Positions 54,819 to 57,600 of a DNA stretch of 57,600 nt are shown piece after piece. The position numbers were made by a program, and so were the translations under genes. Each line of letters begins with the position of its first letter. Positions within the stretch are counted from its first letter, which is position 1. Source of the DNA: an uncultured Erysipelotrichaceae bacterium (GTDB taxonomy: Bacteria > Bacillota_I > Bacilli_A > RF39 > UBA660); assembly GCA_902794075.1 (NCBI GenBank), contig CADBGE010000001.1:342477-400076 (forward strand), in the 5' to 3' direction. The notes beneath the pieces were generated by a model that was not told where the DNA came from, made no database searches, and worked only from the letters and a program-made list of their open reading frames with translations.

Positions 54819-57600
54819 ATGAATATAGATGAAACATTAAAGAAGGACACATTGAAAGAATATTATGTAAATCTACAGTCAATGTATAATAATGCTGTAA
54901 ATATGCTAACAGCAATAAACCAAAGTCTGCAGACTACATCAACAGATGTTCTTGTCAACATAATGGATACTGATGACACTTACACCGCAGTAAGAATACC
55001 GTCATTCCTATATCTTGAAAATAAATTAGAACAACTTGAATCAAATTTTAATAGTTTGTTTAATATACCTACTTCTGGAGAAGCATGGTTTAGTCTTAAC
55101 GATAGTATGCAAAAACTTCAACTTGTTAAGGCAACAACATCACCTCTTAAACCAGAGATAGGAAATAGAACTGATTTATATGTACAAAGTACAGTAAATA
55201 ATTTTTTAAAGGATCTTGTGAATCCTAAGACATTCATAAGACTACAAATAAGCAATCTTCCTAATAATATTAATGATATATTTGTAAAGAAGATTAGTAT
55301 AACAGACGGTACTATATTCTCAAGCTTACGAAGTCAGCATACTGCAGCAGTTCCACTTACATATGAACGATTTAAACAGAATATGATAGGACGATTTGTT
55401 CCAGGTAATGATTATTATGAATATGACATGGAGTTAAAAACTCCTATAAAGAGAGATAGATTTAATAGTTATTTTGAAATACTTGAAATTCCTGAACTAT
55501 CCGGTGGAAACCCATGGATAGAATATACTGATGGCACTCATAATCATACAAGATATCGTATAAGAATCTCAACAATGTCTTATTATGACAAAGATGATTC
55601 TGCCTTTAGATTTACTTTAAAGAATGGAGATCTTCTATGTTTAGATAATGAGAATGTTATATATAAGATAATAAACACATCATCCACCGTAAATGATCTT
55701 GGTGAGAATGAATGCTTGATAACTATTGAAGAACAGATTGGTCATCAAGTTCTACAGACAACTGCTGAGAACAGTGCAATGATATTGAGATTATATAATG
55801 AAGATTTTTCTGAATATCATTATGTTGATGTTCCACTCGAAGAAGACCCTTATTTAATTCTTTATGTAGGAACAATGTATAACAATGTTCGTAGTATATT
55901 GTCAGAACCATTATTTATAAATCTTAATACTATTGAGGTTCATGATGCTGACGGAAATCCAATAATGGAAAATGGTGGCATTATGAATTACATATCTTAT
56001 TATAATAAATACTGTAATAATATTGGTGATCTTATTGCTGGATTATCCGAAACAATATATCCTCAATTAACTAATTATTCATCAACAGAAATGTTTGGAA
56101 TGACTGATAGTGAAGCAATGTCATCACTTGTTACAAATTCTGTTGAATTAAATGGTGGACTTCAAGTAGTAAAGATAAATTCTCATTTAACTGATGATGA
56201 TGCTGTAAGTGATTTGAAAAAATGGCATGAAGAAAAAAATCGTATCACAAATGATTTAGTTAATGTACAAAATAGTATTGACCAAATATATAATCAGTTA
56301 ATGACAACAGACTTTAAGTCTGATACAACAGTTACACAATTTGAATTACAGGAAAAGTTAACAAAGTACTACACTGAAAGAACATTGCTTACATCTCAAA
56401 AAATAAACATTGTTGAGAATATTAATATATATAGAAACGATGTAAAGAACTATGCTAAGTCAAAATTCCGTATTCGTGGAGTAACAAATCCTACTGAGAT
56501 AATAGCATATCTAAAAAGATCATACGGACAAAAGACAGATATAATTGGAATTGATGTAAGATATAAATATGTTACTGCTACAAAAGAAACATCAAACAAT
56601 GTAAATATAAATTCTACAGTATTTACGGATTGGGTAAAACAGCCATCTATAGAAAGACAAAGAAGATTGGTATATAATAACAATACTTCATCTTATTATA
56701 TAGATTATGTAAACTATAATGACACAACAAACCCAATAAAATGGAATCAGATTGATATTCCAATTATGCAAGGTGAGGATGTAATATTGCAAGTACGATA
56801 TAAATTAAATGTTGGACAACCATTTATTGATTTATATACACCATGGAGTAATGAAATAACTCAAGAATTTCCAAGTGAGATGAAGGAAATAACTGAGTTA
56901 TCATCAATCATTCAGAATAATGAAAATGACACAATATCTGCAATCTTCAATAAGACATTGATTAATGACGGCTATACAAAGCATATATCTGATACATTGA
57001 TTGATAATGCTAAAGAATATTTCCATAGTGCAGATAAGATTAATTCAGGATTTCTAAATTCATCAAACAACATTATGTCATTACGAGAAAAACTGGATAT
57101 GATTGATTCAGAGGTTCTCAAATATAAAACTTTGATTGATTCGGAAATTAATACAAAATTTGAAGTATATGTTACATATGAAGGTCAAACTATGGACTTA
57201 TTGACAAATGTAGTTAACGAAGTACCTGCATTCACAAAAACAAGTTCAAACAATTCATTCATTAAAAAGAAACTTAATATTGTTATTCGTAATGCAAGTG
57301 ATACTACACCAATGACATTGATGACAATGTTCCCAGGAACTCGTGACATAAACATTCGTAACTATAATAATGATATTGCATTCTGTGGAGATAATCACGA
57401 ACATTATGATAATGTATTATTGACACATGGAACATCTAATATACCTGAAAATAGTATATTTGAGCAGACATTAGGACAATGGATATATTTTAGAAATGAC
57501 AATCCTTATACATATGAAAAATTATATTCAGACAAGTTATATAAATACTATACTACAGGTAGAGCTGAAAAACAGTTAATGTTTAATGAAGGTTCATTGA
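54819..57600 (+). CDS. Large putative virion structural protein, incomplete (>927 aa)
   Basis: Not in the track: ATG 54819, MNIDETLKKDTLKEYYVNLQ...VRIPSFLYLENKLEQLE...; the same frame is open at the window end (...MFNEGSL). Confidence 0.75.
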   Translation, partial: MNIDETLKKDTLKEYYVNLQSMYNNAVNMLTAINQSLQTTSTDVLVNIMDTDDTYTAVRIPSFLYLENKLEQLESNFNSLFNIPTSGEAWFSLNDSMQKLQLVKATTSPLKPEIGNRTDLYVQSTVNNFLKDLVNPKTFIRLQISNLPNNINDIFVKKISITDGTIFSSLRSQHTAAVPLTYERFKQNMIGRFVPGNDYYEYDMELKTPIKRDRFNSYFEILEIPELSGGNPWIEYTDGTHNHTRYRIRISTMSYYDKDDSAFRFTLKNGDLLCLDNENVIYKIINTSSTVNDLGENECLITIEEQIGHQVLQTTAENSAMILRLYNEDFSEYHYVDVPLEEDPYLILYVGTMYNNVRSILSEPLFINLNTIEVHDADGNPIMENGGIMNYISYYNKYCNNIGDLIAGLSETIYPQLTNYSSTEMFGMTDSEAMSSLVTNSVELNGGLQVVKINSHLTDDDAVSDLKKWHEEKNRITNDLVNVQNSIDQIYNQLMTTDFKSDTTVTQFELQEKLTKYYTERTLLTSQKINIVENINIYRNDVKNYAKSKFRIRGVTNPTEIIAYLKRSYGQKTDIIGIDVRYKYVTATKETSNNVNINSTVFTDWVKQPSIERQRRLVYNNNTSSYYIDYVNYNDTTNPIKWNQIDIPIMQGEDVILQVRYKLNVGQPFIDLYTPWSNEITQEFPSEMKEITELSSIIQNNENDTISAIFNKTLINDGYTKHISDTLIDNAKEYFHSADKINSGFLNSSNNIMSLREKLDMIDSEVLKYKTLIDSEINTKFEVYVTYEGQTMDLLTNVVNEVPAFTKTSSNNSFIKKKLNIVIRNASDTTPMTLMTMFPGTRDINIRNYNNDIAFCGDNHEHYDNVLLTHGTSNIPENSIFEQTLGQWIYFRNDNPYTYEKLYSDKLYKYYTTGRAEKQLMFNEGSL

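Noticed and set aside
1-57600. Active stop-codon reassignment (code 15 or code 4) in this window
   Set aside because: Genes are intact under code 11 and TGA is used as the stop in many ATGA overlaps; only one in-frame TGA was found.
1-57600. tRNA or rRNA genes
   Set aside because: Intergenic gaps are short and AT-rich and I saw no cloverleaf or T-loop signature; a tRNAscan-SE run would be needed to exclude them.

Overview
This very AT-rich window comes from a large T4-like (myovirus-type) jumbo phage. A Bacteroidota gut host (Prevotella/Bacteroides-like) is inferred from the NrdJ and OmpA types and the general lack of Shine-Dalgarno motifs. Core genes recognised: class II ribonucleotide reductase (partial), thioredoxin, RuvC-like resolvase, DinG-like helicase, T4 gp2/gp4 and a gp3-like tail-tube-fold protein, a 2250-aa tape-measure-like membrane protein, OmpA, dUTPase, glycosyltransferases, IMPDH/GMP reductase, an amino-methyltransferase, a GH73-like lysin, an S1-domain protein, a DEDDh exonuclease and large putative virion proteins. 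The dominant unexplained structure is a family of about 35 mostly tandem genes, many joined by ATGA/TAATG overlaps. They begin with a 10-residue leader (MK[S/T]Lxx[Y/H][I/L]xE) closely resembling the T4 internal-protein capsid-targeting sequence MKTYQEFIAE, and 25 of them continue with [K/R]L[I/V/L][I/V][N/S]K. The leader is attached to interchangeable cargo: 13 BspA/DUF285-type LRR domains, a five-member unknown family, ADP-ribosyltransferase-like, Nudix and DUF3175-like domains. Leaders are extended by a small kit of in-frame modules that are mixed and tandemly amplified, end in a putative prohead-protease site (hydrophobic-x-E) and are short DNA inverted repeats. I interpret this (inference) as a recombinationally shuffled library of head-packaged, injected effector proteins. 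Also noted: no TAG stop among 69 complete genes, two promoter classes, and a 16-bp inverted repeat. No tRNA, rRNA, CRISPR array or reverse transcriptase was seen. All family assignments come from reading motifs by eye, not from database searches.
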